From an uncultured Clostridium sp. (GTDB lineage Bacteria > Bacillota > Clostridia > Christensenellales > CAG-138): a stretch of DNA of 64,000 nt. The notes under the pieces are model-generated. The model searched no databases, was not told the DNA's origin, and saw nothing but the letters and a program-made list of their open reading frames with translations. The position numbers and the translations under genes are program-made. The stretch is from contig UQNF01000003.1 of NCBI GenBank assembly GCA_900542285.1, positions 15,585 to 79,584 of the forward strand, given 5' to 3'. Positions 1-9,634 of the stretch are shown piece after piece. The first letter of the stretch is position 1. Every line of letters begins with the position of its first letter.

Positions 1-553
1 CCGTTGTTGATCAACCCTATCCTGGGGTTTTCGATACCGACTACGCGCTTCATGTACGCAGTGCCCATCTCTGCGAACTGGGATAGATACTCGGGCTTGC
101 AGTCGGCATTTGCTCCGCAGTCAATGAGCATTACCGGACCTTTCAGCGTAGGAAGAAGTGGAGCAAGAGCGGGGCGAAGGATGCCGGGGATCCTCTTGAC
201 GATGAGCGTAGCTCCAGCCAGGATCGCCCCGGAACTTCCGGCAGAGATGAAGCAGTCAGCTTCGCCATCGGATACGATACGGAGTGCTTTAACAAGCGAG
301 CTTTCCTTTTTTCGCTTGATGGCAAGGGTGGACTGCTCATCGCAGGTGATGATATCCGGAGCGTGGACGATCTCTATCCGTGAACTCAATCTGTTGAAGT
401 CGGTTTCGCGAGCAGCAAGCTCCTCGCGGATCCTTGTCTCGTCGCCGGTGAAAATGACGCTGAAATCATCGTGAGCAAGCATAGCGTCGAGCGTACCGTT
501 GATGACAGAACTTGGCGCATTATCGCCGCCGAATGCGTCGATAGCAAATTTCA
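1..553 (-). CDS. plsX: Phosphate acyltransferase PlsX (N-terminal part; continues past the window edge)
   Basis: Reverse-strand translation from ATG (rc of 551-553) reads MKFAIDAFGGDNAPSSVINGTLDAM...CFISAGSSGAILAGATLIVKRIPGI...LIDCGANADCKPEYL...GIENPRIGLINNG, a typical PlsX N-terminus. RBS is GGAGGTAA (rc of 557-564). Not in the ORF track because it is truncated. Confidence 0.9.
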
Positions 554-736
554 TAGTTACCTCCTGACAGCCGAAGCCCTGAATAAAAACGGATAAAATA
601 TTAATAATACGGACATCAGCTTTGGCTATTATAGAGTATTTTGCGGAAAATATCAATAATCTTAAGAAAAAATGCTGATTGTGCGGCCGTGCCAGTGAAA
701 TGCGCAAAATATATCTGTGTGCGGCAAAGAAAACGG

Positions 737-764
737 TTGACAAATACGCTGAATGGATTATAAT
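737..764 (+). promoter_or_regulatory. Sigma-70-type promoter for ylxM-ffh operon
   Basis: TTGACA (737-742), 16-nt spacer, TATAAT (759-764), about 60 nt upstream of ylxM. Confidence 0.6.
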
Positions 765-823
765 ACATAAGTCGGTGTAAAGAACTTTCGCTTTACACCA
801 AAACCGGAAGGGAGGCTTCATTA

Positions 824-1159
824 ATGCAGGATAAGCTGGAGCTGAGCCTTCTGCTGGATTATTACGGCGCTTTTTTGACGGAAGCGAGACGCGAGATACT
901 GTCGCTGAGCGTGGACGAGGATCTTTCGCTGGGCGAGATCGCCGAGATGAAGGGGATATCACGGCAGGGAGTCCGCGATGCTTTGCAGCGTGGAGAAGCG
1001 CAGCTTTATGACATGGAAAACAAGCTTGGCCTGGTCAAGAGGGATATGGAGATCACTCAACTCGTTTCGAAACTCAGACATGAGTTCGATCGCGCAGGTG
1101 TTTCAGACATACAGATCAGCCGGATATTAGATAGACTTACAGAGATAACGGAGGGTTGA
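824..1159 (+). CDS. ylxM: YlxM/p13-like putative DNA-binding protein (UPF0122), signal recognition particle-associated
   Basis: 111 aa. LLLDYYGAFLTE..R..L.L..DEDLSLGEIAE..GISRQGVRDAL is the sigma-70 region-4-like YlxM signature. It lies directly upstream of ffh, as in Firmicutes. Confidence 0.85.
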   Translation: MQDKLELSLLLDYYGAFLTEARREILSLSVDEDLSLGEIAEMKGISRQGVRDALQRGEAQLYDMENKLGLVKRDMEITQLVSKLRHEFDRAGVSDIQISRILDRLTEITEG

Positions 1160-1160
1160 G

Positions 1161-2504
1161 ATGGCATTCGAGGGACTTGCTTCAAAGCTTCAGGGAATTT
1201 TCAAAAAGCTCGGCAATCGAGGAAAGCTTTCCGAAAAGGAAGTCAAAGAAGTTATGCGCGAGGTCAAGCTTGCGCTGCTCGAAGCTGACGTGAACTTTGC
1301 CGTTGTTAAATCGTTTATCAACTCCGTTACCCAGCGCGCCGTCGGCACAGAGGTGCTTCAGAGCCTGACTCCTTCCCAGCAGATAATCAAGATCGTCAAT
1401 GAGGAACTAACCAACCTCATGGGCGGTTCGGTAGCAAAGCTGAACTTCGGACCGAGAAAGCCTGCCGTTATACTCCTTGCCGGACTTCAGGGCGCAGGCA
1501 AGACGACTATGGCCGGCAAGCTCGCAGGATACCTTGCAAAGACTCAAGGCAAGAAACCGCTTTTGGTCGCTTGCGACATCTATCGTCCTGCCGCTATCAA
1601 ACAGCTGCAGGTAGTAGGCGAAAAGGCGGGGGTCCCGGTCTTTGAAAGGGGAACTCAGAACCCGGTCGAGACCGCCAAGGAGGCAGTTTCCTACGCCGAA
1701 TATCATTTTCTCGATCTCGTTATAGTCGATACCGCAGGACGCCTTCACATCGATGAGAACATGATGGACGAGATAGCCGCAATCAAGGAAGCGGTGAATC
1801 CTGCGGAGATATTGCTGGTGGTCGACTCCATGACGGGCCAGGATGCCGTTAACGTAGCTAAGAGCTTTAACGAAAAGCTTGAGCTTACAGGCGTTATTCT
1901 GACCAAACTCGACGGCGACACGAGGGGCGGCGCAGCTCTGAGTGTCCGTGCCGTTACCGGAAAGCCCATCAAGCTTTCGGGCACCGGCGAAAAGCTCACC
2001 GATATTGAGCCTTTCTACCCGGACAGGATGGCGTCACGAATCCTTGGCATGGGCGATGTTCTGACGCTGATCGAGAAGGCAGAACAGGCATATGATGAGC
2101 AGCAGGCGGCAGAGCTTGCCAAAAAGCTCACAAACGATGATTTCACGCTTGAAGATTTCCTTGAACAGCTTCAGCAGGTCAAGAAGATGGGTTCTATGGA
2201 TGAGCTGCTTGCTATGATGCCCGGTGTTAACGCCGGACAACTGAAGGGTGCCGAGTTTGACCCGAAAGCAAGCGCAAGGATAGAAGCGATCATCCGTTCG
2301 ATGACCCCAAGAGAACGCAAAAAGCCCGATATCCTCAACGCAAGCCGTAAAAAGCGCATTGCGGCAGGAAGCGGCACAAGCGTACAGGAGATCAACAGAC
2401 TGTTAAAACAGTTTGAGCAATCCCGCCAGATGATGAAACAGCTCACAGGCAGGGGAAAGAAACGCTTCGGCAAAAGAGGCTTTGGCGGCTTATTCGGAAT
2501 GTAA
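1161..2504 (+). CDS. ffh: Signal recognition particle protein Ffh
   Basis: 447 aa. Has the [10 protein letters not shown]-loop, [20 protein letters not shown], and an M-domain with a Met-rich C-terminus. Confidence 0.97.
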   Translation: MAFEGLASKLQGIFKKLGNRGKLSEKEVKEVMREVKLALLEADVNFAVVKSFINSVTQRAVGTEVLQSLTPSQQIIKIVNEELTNLMGGSVAKLNFGPRKPAVILLAGLQGAGKTTMAGKLAGYLAKTQGKKPLLVACDIYRPAAIKQLQVVGEKAGVPVFERGTQNPVETAKEAVSYAEYHFLDLVIVDTAGRLHIDENMMDEIAAIKEAVNPAEILLVVDSMTGQDAVNVAKSFNEKLELTGVILTKLDGDTRGGAALSVRAVTGKPIKLSGTGEKLTDIEPFYPDRMASRILGMGDVLTLIEKAEQAYDEQQAAELAKKLTNDDFTLEDFLEQLQQVKKMGSMDELLAMMPGVNAGQLKGAEFDPKASARIEAIIRSMTPRERKKPDILNASRKKRIAAGSGTSVQEINRLLKQFEQSRQMMKQLTGRGKKRFGKRGFGGLFGM

Positions 2505-2587
2505 CCGCCACAGTCCGATCAATTAACCAAATACGGCCGATGAATGTGCCGTTTGGATATATAAATCATTTTCCAGGAGGAACTATT

Positions 2588-2830
2588 ATGCTTAAGATCA
2601 GGCTTCGCAGGATGGGCGCAAAGAAGGCTCCCTTCTATCGTATCGTAGTCGCTGATTCCCGTGCACCCCGTGATGGTGCTTTTGTTGAGGAGATTGGTTA
2701 CTATAACCCCCTCACCGACCCCGAAGAGGTCGTAGTTGACGCCGATAAGGCAAAGCAGTGGATCAAGAACGGCGCACAGCCCACCGAAACCGTTCGTGGT
2801 CTTTTCAAGAAGAACGGCGTTATTGACTAA
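2588..2830 (+). CDS. rpsP: 30S ribosomal protein S16
   Basis: [33 protein letters not shown] at 2588 follows RBS AGGAGGA; the longer track ORF from 2540 is an upstream extension. Confidence 0.95.
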   Translation: MLKIRLRRMGAKKAPFYRIVVADSRAPRDGAFVEEIGYYNPLTDPEEVVVDADKAKQWIKNGAQPTETVRGLFKKNGVID

Positions 2831-3093
2831 TGGACGAAGAGGTAAAGAAGGTTTCGGTCGAAGACATGGTATCTCTTGTCGAGTACATCGCAAAGAGCCT
2901 TGTCGACACGCCGGATGAGGTTAAAACAAACCTCAATGAGGATGAAGAAGCGATAACCATCGAACTCTCGGTCGCCAAGGATGATATGGGTAAGGTGATC
3001 GGCAAGCAGGGAAGGATCGCAAAGGCGATCAGGACCGTTGTCAGAGCCGCATCCCTGAAGAGCGAGAAGAAGGTTCTCGTCGAGATAGTATAA
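2830..3093 (+). CDS. KH-domain RNA-binding protein (YlqC-like)
   Basis: 87 aa. GKVIGKQGRIAKAIRTV matches the KH GxxG motif. Conserved position between rpsP and rimM. Confidence 0.85.
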   Translation: MDEEVKKVSVEDMVSLVEYIAKSLVDTPDEVKTNLNEDEEAITIELSVAKDDMGKVIGKQGRIAKAIRTVVRAASLKSEKKVLVEIV

Positions 3094-3095
3094 CT

Positions 3096-3623
3096 ATGGA
3101 CTGTTTCCGTATCGGTTTGTTCCTGCGCCCTCATGGCGTGCGCGGTGAAGTAAAAATGCTTTCGCTCACTGATGACCCCAAGAGGTTTTCCAGGGTACAC
3201 GATGCCTATATAGAGTATCGTGAGGGCGACTATCGGCCGATAAGAGTGCAGTCGGCAAGGACCATTGGCGAAGGCTTTGCCATTGCAAAGATTGATGGCA
3301 TTGATACAATGGATCAGGCTGAAACGCTGAGGGACAAGTACCTGTGCGTGGACAGGGAACATGCCGTTAAGCTTCCTGAAGACACATATTTTGTTAAGGA
3401 TTTAATAGGCTGCCGAGTCATCTCGACCGATGGCTCGGAGCTTGGTATCATGGATGATGTCTATGAGACAAACGCCAACGATGTATATGTTGTCAAGGGT
3501 GAAGGGACAAAGCGGCTTTCCGTTCCGGCACTAAAAAGACTGCTTGCCAAGGTCGATATTGGGAACAAACTGATAGTATTCGATGCGGCCGTTCTTTCGG
3601 AGGTAGGATTGTTTGAGGATTGA
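3096..3623 (+). CDS. rimM: 16S rRNA processing protein RimM
   Basis: 175 aa. GLFLRPHGVRGEVK near the N-terminus and a PRC-barrel-like C-terminus. Synteny with trmD. Confidence 0.9.
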   Translation: MDCFRIGLFLRPHGVRGEVKMLSLTDDPKRFSRVHDAYIEYREGDYRPIRVQSARTIGEGFAIAKIDGIDTMDQAETLRDKYLCVDREHAVKLPEDTYFVKDLIGCRVISTDGSELGIMDDVYETNANDVYVVKGEGTKRLSVPALKRLLAKVDIGNKLIVFDAAVLSEVGLFED

Positions 3624-4359
3624 TATTCTATCAATATTCCCTGAAATGTTCTCAAGTGTCCTTTCTGCCAGCATGCTCGGGCGTGCTGCCGCAAAGGGCA
3701 TTCTTGAGTTTCACACGCATAATATCAGGGATTATTCCGAAAGCAAGCACAAGAATACCGACGATTATCCATTCGGCGGCGGTGCAGGCATGGTCATGAT
3801 GGCTCAGCCCATATTCGACTGTATTTCCGCTATCGAAAATGAAGTCGGTGATGGCAAAAGCATCCGTCGCATCGTAATGACTCCAAGGGGCAGAAGGCTT
3901 ACTCCCGAGATAGCAATGGAGCTTGCAAGGGAGGAAAACATTCTTATACTGGCTGGTCATTACGAAGGGATAGACGAAAGGGTTATGGAGCTTATCGACG
4001 ATGAGATATCTATCGGCGACTATGTTCTGACGGGAGGAGAACTCCCTGCAATGGTGCTTATTGACTGCCTGTCCAGATTCATACCCGGAGTGCTTGGCAG
4101 CAGCGAATCAACGGAGGATGAGAGCTTTTCCGGCTCGGGATTGCTCGAATATCCGCAGTACACAAGGCCTTCGGTTTTTCGAGGCAGGGAAGTTCCTGCT
4201 GTATTATTGAACGGCAATCATGCCGAGATCAATAAGTGGCGCAGACAGCAGGCACTTATAAAAACAAAAGCCATGCGCCCGGATCTCCTTGAAACCGCCG
4301 AGCTTACCAAAAAGGACATTGAGTTTCTTAAAGGCTTGGATGAGATCGAAGGAGAATAA
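3613..4359 (+). CDS. trmD: tRNA (guanine37-N1)-methyltransferase TrmD
   Basis: 248 aa. MRIDILSIFPEMF..., DDYPFGGGAGMVM, LTGGELPAMVLIDC. Overlaps the rimM stop. Confidence 0.96.
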   Translation: MRIDILSIFPEMFSSVLSASMLGRAAAKGILEFHTHNIRDYSESKHKNTDDYPFGGGAGMVMMAQPIFDCISAIENEVGDGKSIRRIVMTPRGRRLTPEIAMELAREENILILAGHYEGIDERVMELIDDEISIGDYVLTGGELPAMVLIDCLSRFIPGVLGSSESTEDESFSGSGLLEYPQYTRPSVFRGREVPAVLLNGNHAEINKWRRQQALIKTKAMRPDLLETAELTKKDIEFLKGLDEIEGE

Positions 4360-4408
4360 AAACAGCTTAAATATATTGCCTTTTGAATGAAAAAGGCGTA
4401 TCAAGCAC

Positions 4409-4437
4409 TTGAAAAACGTTAAACATCGTGCTATAAT
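4409..4437 (+). promoter_or_regulatory. Sigma-70-type promoter upstream of rplS
   Basis: TTGAAA (4409-4414), 17-nt spacer, TGC-TATAAT (extended -10; hexamer 4432-4437). Confidence 0.6.
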
Positions 4438-4505
4438 AGCATGGTTATTTGGGTGGTCCAATGATCGAGCATTCGATTAAGAACATCTGTAAAAAGGAGA
4501 TTAAT

Positions 4506-4859
4506 ATGTCAGAAATCATCAGAGAGCTCGAAAAAGAGCAGCTTCGCACCGACCTCCCCAAGCTCGAGATTGGCGACACCGTTCGTGTATTCGTTAAGGT
4601 TGTCGAGGGCAATCACGAGAGGCTTCAGAACTTCGAGGGAATCGTTATTAAGATGCAGGGCGGCGGCATCCGCAAGTCCTTCACCGTTCGCCGTATCAGC
4701 TACGGTATCGGCGTTGAGAGGACCTTCCCCTACAACAGCCCCCGCATTGGCCGTATCGAGGTCGTTCGTCATGGTGTTGTTCGCAGGGCTAAGCTGTACT
4801 ACCTCCGCGAGAGGACAGGTAAGGCCGCAAAGATCAAGGAACGCATCGTAAAGAAGTAA
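4506..4859 (+). CDS. rplS: 50S ribosomal protein L19
   Basis: [47 protein letters not shown] at 4506 follows RBS AAGGAG. Confidence 0.96.
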   Translation: MSEIIRELEKEQLRTDLPKLEIGDTVRVFVKVVEGNHERLQNFEGIVIKMQGGGIRKSFTVRRISYGIGVERTFPYNSPRIGRIEVVRHGVVRRAKLYYLRERTGKAAKIKERIVKK

Positions 4860-4875
4860 TCCGCCTAATGCTGGC

Positions 4876-4910
4876 AATGCTCCCCGCACACCGTGTTGGG
4901 GAGCATTTTC
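4876..4910 (+). terminator. Rho-independent terminator/attenuator after rplS
   Basis: 10-bp stem AATGCTCCCC/GGGGAGCATT followed by TTTC. The T-tract is short, so readthrough into rbgA is likely. Confidence 0.55.
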
Positions 4911-4913
4911 TAA

Positions 4914-5834
4914 ATGAATTCAACAAATAAAAACAGTATGCAAACGATTAACTGGTATCCCGGCCATATGGCAAAGGCAAGACGAATGCTTGAAGATAAT
5001 GTCAAGCTCGTCGATATGATAATTGAGATAGTGGATGCGCGCGCTCCGCTTGCCTGCCGCAACCCTGATTTTGAAGCGCTTTTCGTGAATAAGCTCCGCG
5101 TTGTCGTTCTCAATAAAAGCGATCTATCGTCCAAGACACAGAACAAGGCGTGGATAGAGTATTTCAGAAAGCAGGGAATTACCGCTGTCGAACTCGTTTC
5201 CACAAATCCTTCAATGCGAAAGAATGCGGTCGCGCTGATTGAACGAACCGGTGCAGAGACAGTTAGAAGGTATAAGGAAAAGGGAATCAACAAGACGCTG
5301 CGAGCAATGATAGTCGGAGTTCCAAATGTAGGAAAATCCACCTTCATCAATCGAATAGCCGGCACTGCCAAGGCGCAGGTGGGCGACAGGCCCGGAGTAA
5401 CCAAGAGCAAGCAGTGGGTCAAGATAACGGATTTTTTGGAGCTGATGGATACTCCCGGCTTGCTGTGGGGAAAGCTTGACAATGAGATTTTGGCAAAGCA
5501 TCTTGCGTATATCGGTTCGATCAGGGACGATATTCTTGATGTGGAAGAGCTCGCTGCGCTGCTTCTATATGACCTGATGAAGATATGTCCCGACCAACTG
5601 ATCGCAAGGTACAAAAAACTGACGCCGGAGATGAATTCCCCGGAGGAACTGCTTGACGGAGTATGCAGAAGCAGGGGATTCATATTGTCGGGAGGAGTGC
5701 TCGATACGGAAAGGGCCGCAAGGATCGTGCTGGATGAATACAGGGCAGGGAAGATTGCCGCAATCGCGCTTGAAAACCCCGATGATGACTTTGCATCAAA
5801 GCCAGACGAGGTAACCGATCATGCCGACTGCTGA
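4914..5834 (+). CDS. rbgA: Ribosome biogenesis GTPase A (YlqF/RbgA)
   Basis: INWYPGHMAKARR, circularly permuted GTPase motifs (NKSDL ... GVPNVGKST). Start is ambiguous: ATG 4914 or ATG 4938. Confidence 0.9.
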   Translation: MNSTNKNSMQTINWYPGHMAKARRMLEDNVKLVDMIIEIVDARAPLACRNPDFEALFVNKLRVVVLNKSDLSSKTQNKAWIEYFRKQGITAVELVSTNPSMRKNAVALIERTGAETVRRYKEKGINKTLRAMIVGVPNVGKSTFINRIAGTAKAQVGDRPGVTKSKQWVKITDFLELMDTPGLLWGKLDNEILAKHLAYIGSIRDDILDVEELAALLLYDLMKICPDQLIARYKKLTPEMNSPEELLDGVCRSRGFILSGGVLDTERAARIVLDEYRAGKIAAIALENPDDDFASKPDEVTDHADC

Positions 5835-6462
5835 CGAGAGAAAGCAAAAGGAGCTTGCAAGGCTCACTCGGCTCACGGAATACGAGCGCCCATTCTGGCA
5901 GAATGGAGTGTATGTTTCGGGCATGGACGAAGTCGGCAGGGGGCCGCTTGCCGGACCGGTCGTTACCGCATGCGTTATCATGCCTGCCGAGCCGCTGATA
6001 GAGGGAATTAACGACTCAAAGAAGCTATCGGAAAAGAAGCGGGAGCGTCTGTACGAACAGATACTGTCACATGCCGTCGCTTACGGATTCGGCTGGGTTT
6101 GGCAGGACACTATAGACAGGATTAATATTCTCGAGGCTACCAAGCTTGCATTTGCTGAAGCATACGAAAACATGAACTATCCTTGCGAGGATGTCTTCGT
6201 TGATGCGGTTAAGGATCTTGCGATCCCTGCAAAACAGCATCCGCTGATACATGGAGATGCGTTATGCTATTCGATAGCAGCGGCCAGCATCATTGCAAAG
6301 GTTGAGAGGGACAGGTTCATGGCGGAACAGGCAAAGCTGTATCCCGAATACGGCTTTGAAAGGAATAAGGGCTACGGCACAAAACAGCATATCGATGCTT
6401 TGAAGCGCATAGGCCCATGTCCGCTTCACAGGAAAAGTTTCATCGGCAAAATTATCGGTTAG
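5821..6462 (+). CDS. rnhB: Ribonuclease HII
   Basis: 213 aa. GMDEVGRGPLAGPVV, DSKKLSEKKRE, GYGT..H. Overlaps the rbgA stop. Confidence 0.95.
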   Translation: MPTADERKQKELARLTRLTEYERPFWQNGVYVSGMDEVGRGPLAGPVVTACVIMPAEPLIEGINDSKKLSEKKRERLYEQILSHAVAYGFGWVWQDTIDRINILEATKLAFAEAYENMNYPCEDVFVDAVKDLAIPAKQHPLIHGDALCYSIAAASIIAKVERDRFMAEQAKLYPEYGFERNKGYGTKQHIDALKRIGPCPLHRKSFIGKIIG

Positions 6463-6474
6463 CGGCGGTGGAAA

Positions 6475-6855
6475 ATGGGACGGCTTAGACTAAGCAGCGG
6501 AAGCATTACCCAAAAAGACGGAGCAAAGGGTGAAACCATGGTGCTTTGGTATCTGCGCCTTCGGGGATACAGACTTCTCGAACGCAATTACACCGTTGGG
6601 CATAAAGAGATTGACCTTATCATGCGAAAAGGGAATACGATTGCTTTTGTTGAGGTGAAATCAAGAAGGAAGATTGACTCCAAAATGCCTCCGAGAATGA
6701 ACGTTGATTGGAATAAACGCAGAAATATCATAGCGGCAGCCGGGATATATCTCGCTAAAAATGGTCTTACAAGGGTAATTATCAGTTTTGATATCGCAGA
6801 GGTTGATTTGGATGCCAGAAAGATTACATATATTAAAAATGCATTCACGGATTAG
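6475..6855 (+). CDS. YraN-family endonuclease-like protein (UPF0102)
   Basis: 126 aa. GAKGE..VLWYLRLRGYRLLERNY....EIDLIMRKGNTIAFVEVKSR is the YraN signature. Follows rnhB as in many Firmicutes. Confidence 0.85.
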   Translation: MGRLRLSSGSITQKDGAKGETMVLWYLRLRGYRLLERNYTVGHKEIDLIMRKGNTIAFVEVKSRRKIDSKMPPRMNVDWNKRRNIIAAAGIYLAKNGLTRVIISFDIAEVDLDARKITYIKNAFTD

Positions 6856-6868
6856 TACTCTTTGAGTG

Positions 6869-6897
6869 TTGACACCAATTCTTGACTGTGCTATACT
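6869..6897 (+). promoter_or_regulatory. Sigma-70-type promoter driving the cobalamin riboswitch
   Basis: TTGACA (6869-6874), 17-nt spacer, TGC-TATACT (hexamer 6892-6897). Confidence 0.65.
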
Positions 6898-6909
6898 ATG
6901 CACACAAAC

Positions 6910-7172
6910 GAAAGAACGGTTGCCAATCGGTGCAATAGCATCAAAGGCATTAATAGGGAATGCGGTTAGAATCCGCAGCAGTCCCCGCTACTGTAACTGG
7001 AGACGAAAGTTCAAACTGCCACTTCGCATTATGCGTGGGAAGGCGTAACGATTAGATTGACCCGGGAGCCAGGAGACCTGCCGTGCTTTCGCAATGGGTG
7101 GTTCTCGGGAGATAGACGGCCTAATCAATGCGTTGTTTCACACGAGAGCTGCATTATGTGCAGTTCTTTTTG
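6910..7172 (+). promoter_or_regulatory. Cobalamin (B12) riboswitch with intrinsic terminator expression platform
   Basis: AATAGGGAATGCGGTTAGAATCCGCAGCAGTCCCCGCTACTGTAA (6952-6996). GCCACT...GGGAAGGCG (7018-7044). B12 box GAGCCAGGAGACCTGCC (7066-7082). P1 pairs 6910-6919 with 7081-7090. Terminator hairpin AGCTGCA/TGCAGTT + CTTTTT at 7147-7172. Confidence 0.92.
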
Positions 7173-7262
7173 TTGTGTGCAGATTTCGTATTATTATGAC
7201 ATTTCTTCCTGCCGCCCGGGGGATGCAGACCCAAAAGTAATTATTACACGGAGGAATGTGAA

Positions 7263-8282
7263 ATGAAGAACTGCAAAAAACTTATCGCAATCATCGTGAT
7301 TGCAGCGCTTGCAATAAGCAGCGCAGCATCTATCGTGCTGGCAGAGCCTGCATATCCCGAAGTCCCTTCAGGGTATGACGGCTATGTTACCGTATCGGTA
7401 TCCGCTGATACAATCGGATGGGGCTATTTGATAGAACCAACGCTCGTTCCGATACATGAAGGCGAAAGCGTTGCCGAGGCGACCATAAGGCTGTTTGAGG
7501 CCATGGGCGTTGCCTATGAGGCAGGAACGCCGGAGTCATTCTACCTTACCGATGTGGCCTGCGATAACTGTGTTAACGGTGCTGAACCCAACGTTCCGGA
7601 TTACCTTATGGAACAGATAGAGCTTTATCCTGCTTGGGCTGAAGAGAATTTCGGCTTTGCCTATGGCGAATGGACGGGAACCGAAAGCGGAAACGGCATG
7701 CTTGGTACTGATGACTTCAGCACTTTCGGCGGTTGGATGATAGCCGAGGATGATATCGCGCTTCCTGCGACTGCCGGTGATTACAGCGCACAGTCAGGAC
7801 ATGTCTACCAGTGGGCATTCAGCGTATATGGCTGGGGCATGGATCTTGGCTGGAGCGACGGATGGGGTTCGTTCCCTGTTTTCGATAATCCTGCCGAGGG
7901 CGTGAACCGTGCTGATGCCGAGGAAGTCTATGCGCTTATCATGGCGGACGAGGAGCTTGCTGCGCTTGTCTCAGAGGATGGAATGGCATACGATGAGTTT
8001 GAAAGTCTTGTCGCAGCATTGGTCGATCTTTCATCCACTCAGGCTGAGATAGACAGCTGCCTTAATATGCTTCTCAATGCTCTTGATGGCGGTGCCCTGA
8101 TGGGCGATATCAACGGCGATGGTGTCGTTAATATGCAGGATGCTCAGTTAGCTATGCGTTATGCGATCGGCATTGCCGAACTGTCCGATGAGCAGCTGAG
8201 CATTGGCGACATTAACGGCGACGGAATTGTCAATTCATCCGACGCAACAATGATCGCACGCATTGCGCTGAATCTGATTTGA
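7263..8282 (+). CDS. Secreted DUF4430-like (transcobalamin beta-domain-like) protein with C-terminal type I dockerin
   Basis: Signal peptide MKNCKKLIAIIVIAALAISSAASIVLA. The core (VTVSVSADTIGWGYLIEP..., GGWMIAEDD..., ..SGHVYQWAFS) resembles DUF4430. The C-terminus has two DINGDG(V/I)VN..DA calcium-binding repeats, which make a dockerin. Confidence 0.7.
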   Translation: MKNCKKLIAIIVIAALAISSAASIVLAEPAYPEVPSGYDGYVTVSVSADTIGWGYLIEPTLVPIHEGESVAEATIRLFEAMGVAYEAGTPESFYLTDVACDNCVNGAEPNVPDYLMEQIELYPAWAEENFGFAYGEWTGTESGNGMLGTDDFSTFGGWMIAEDDIALPATAGDYSAQSGHVYQWAFSVYGWGMDLGWSDGWGSFPVFDNPAEGVNRADAEEVYALIMADEELAALVSEDGMAYDEFESLVAALVDLSSTQAEIDSCLNMLLNALDGGALMGDINGDGVVNMQDAQLAMRYAIGIAELSDEQLSIGDINGDGIVNSSDATMIARIALNLI

Positions 8283-8284
8283 TA

Positions 8285-9634
8285 ATGAAGAGCTTTTTCA
8301 GCAAGCTGATTTGTTGTCTGCTCCTGCTGTCGGTTTTGTTCCTGACAGCAGGAGACATTGCTGCCGGCACGGAGTATTCGGCTGATTACAATGCCGTGCT
8401 TGGCGCACTGTCATCCGGAGAGCCGCAATTCGGGTCTATCGGCGGTGAATGGAAGGTGCTTGCTCTTGCAAGAAGCGGATATTTCAGTGCAGACTCCGAA
8501 TACATGCGGTCCTATATATCGCTGATTGAAGAGCTGATACTCAGCATTGGAAGTCCAAAGCTTGATGAGCGAAAACCAAACGAGAATTCCAGACTTGTTA
8601 TCGCGCTTTCGAGCCTCGGATATGATGCAAGGAATGTTTCCGGCTTTGACCTGACCGAGCCGCTCAAGGATATCAACTACATTAAGAAGCAGGGCTTGAC
8701 GGGTGTTATTTACGCGCTCATCGCCCTGAGCTGCAATGATGAATATGCGGAAACCGACTACAAGAATACTCTTGTAGATTTTGTTCTTAATGCAGAGATA
8801 GACGGCGGTGGCTGGGCGTTGGGCGGAGGCAATCCCGACCCCGATGTTACGGCAATTGCGATAACGGCCGTTACGGGTTATACACAGGCTCGTTCTGCCA
8901 TTGAAAGAGGAATTGCAAAGCTTTCCGATATGCAGGCGGAGGACGGAACGTATTCGAGCTATGGAGCGACAAACTCCGAAAGCTGCTCTCAGGTCCTGCT
9001 TGCGCTCAGCACGCTTGGTATAGATGCAGATACGGATCAAAGGTTTATAAAAAACGGTGTATCGCTTTTATCTGCGCTGCTTTCATTCTCAACCGGCTCG
9101 GGCTTTTCTCATATGCCGAACGGCTCAACCAATCAGATGGCTTCCGAACAGGCAGCATATGCGTTGTGCGCATATGACAGGATGGTAAAAAGCAGGACGG
9201 CACTCTTTGATATGAGCGATGTGTGGCATGCTCCTGTTCAGCCGACACCGATGGCGGCAAGTACGCCAAAGCCGACACCCAAACCCACACCGACTGCTGC
9301 GCCGTCCCATTCCGAAGCTCCGACTGTTTCGGCAGTAACGACCGAACAGCCAACACAGGAGGATACCGACGCACCGGCATTGATCGAAGTACCTTCTGAC
9401 ATTTCGACGGAAGCTGCCGATACTACGCCTGATTATGAAGCTCCAACGGAGCAGGTGACGATATTTGAAATGGGCTCCGACGCCCCGACCGTTCAAACGA
9501 CACAGGACGATAGCCGGGCTCCTTCCGAAAAGCAGCGCAATGGCTTTATCAAGCTGCTTTGGCTGCTGCCCGCGGCTGTATTGGCTGCTGCATTGATCGT
9601 TATCAAACTAATTAGAGGAAAGAAAAAGGTATGA
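8285..9634 (+). CDS. Surface protein with prenyltransferase/squalene-oxidase-like alpha-toroid repeats, Pro/Thr-rich linker and C-terminal TM anchor
   Basis: Signal peptide. Repeats such as GGWALGGGNPDPDVTAIAITAV and EDGTYSSYG..NSESCSQVLLALS. PTPKPTPKPTP linker. C-terminal LLWLLPAAVLAAALIVIKLIRGKKKV. ATG at 8285 preferred over the TTG at 8279 used by the track. Confidence 0.65.
   Translation: MKSFFSKLICCLLLLSVLFLTAGDIAAGTEYSADYNAVLGALSSGEPQFGSIGGEWKVLALARSGYFSADSEYMRSYISLIEELILSIGSPKLDERKPNENSRLVIALSSLGYDARNVSGFDLTEPLKDINYIKKQGLTGVIYALIALSCNDEYAETDYKNTLVDFVLNAEIDGGGWALGGGNPDPDVTAIAITAVTGYTQARSAIERGIAKLSDMQAEDGTYSSYGATNSESCSQVLLALSTLGIDADTDQRFIKNGVSLLSALLSFSTGSGFSHMPNGSTNQMASEQAAYALCAYDRMVKSRTALFDMSDVWHAPVQPTPMAASTPKPTPKPTPTAAPSHSEAPTVSAVTTEQPTQEDTDAPALIEVPSDISTEAADTTPDYEAPTEQVTIFEMGSDAPTVQTTQDDSRAPSEKQRNGFIKLLWLLPAAVLAAALIVIKLIRGKKKV

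Noticed and set aside
773-800. Hairpin GGTGTAAAG/CTTTACACC in the ylxM 5' UTR as an attenuator
   Set aside because: It is followed by AAAACCGG rather than a U-tract, and I recognised no known leader family. It is probably just 5' UTR structure.
6866-7266. Two small ORFs (60 and 69 aa) between yraN and the first B12-regulon gene
   Set aside because: They lie inside the cobalamin riboswitch aptamer and expression platform. The RNA element explains the region's conservation-like structure.
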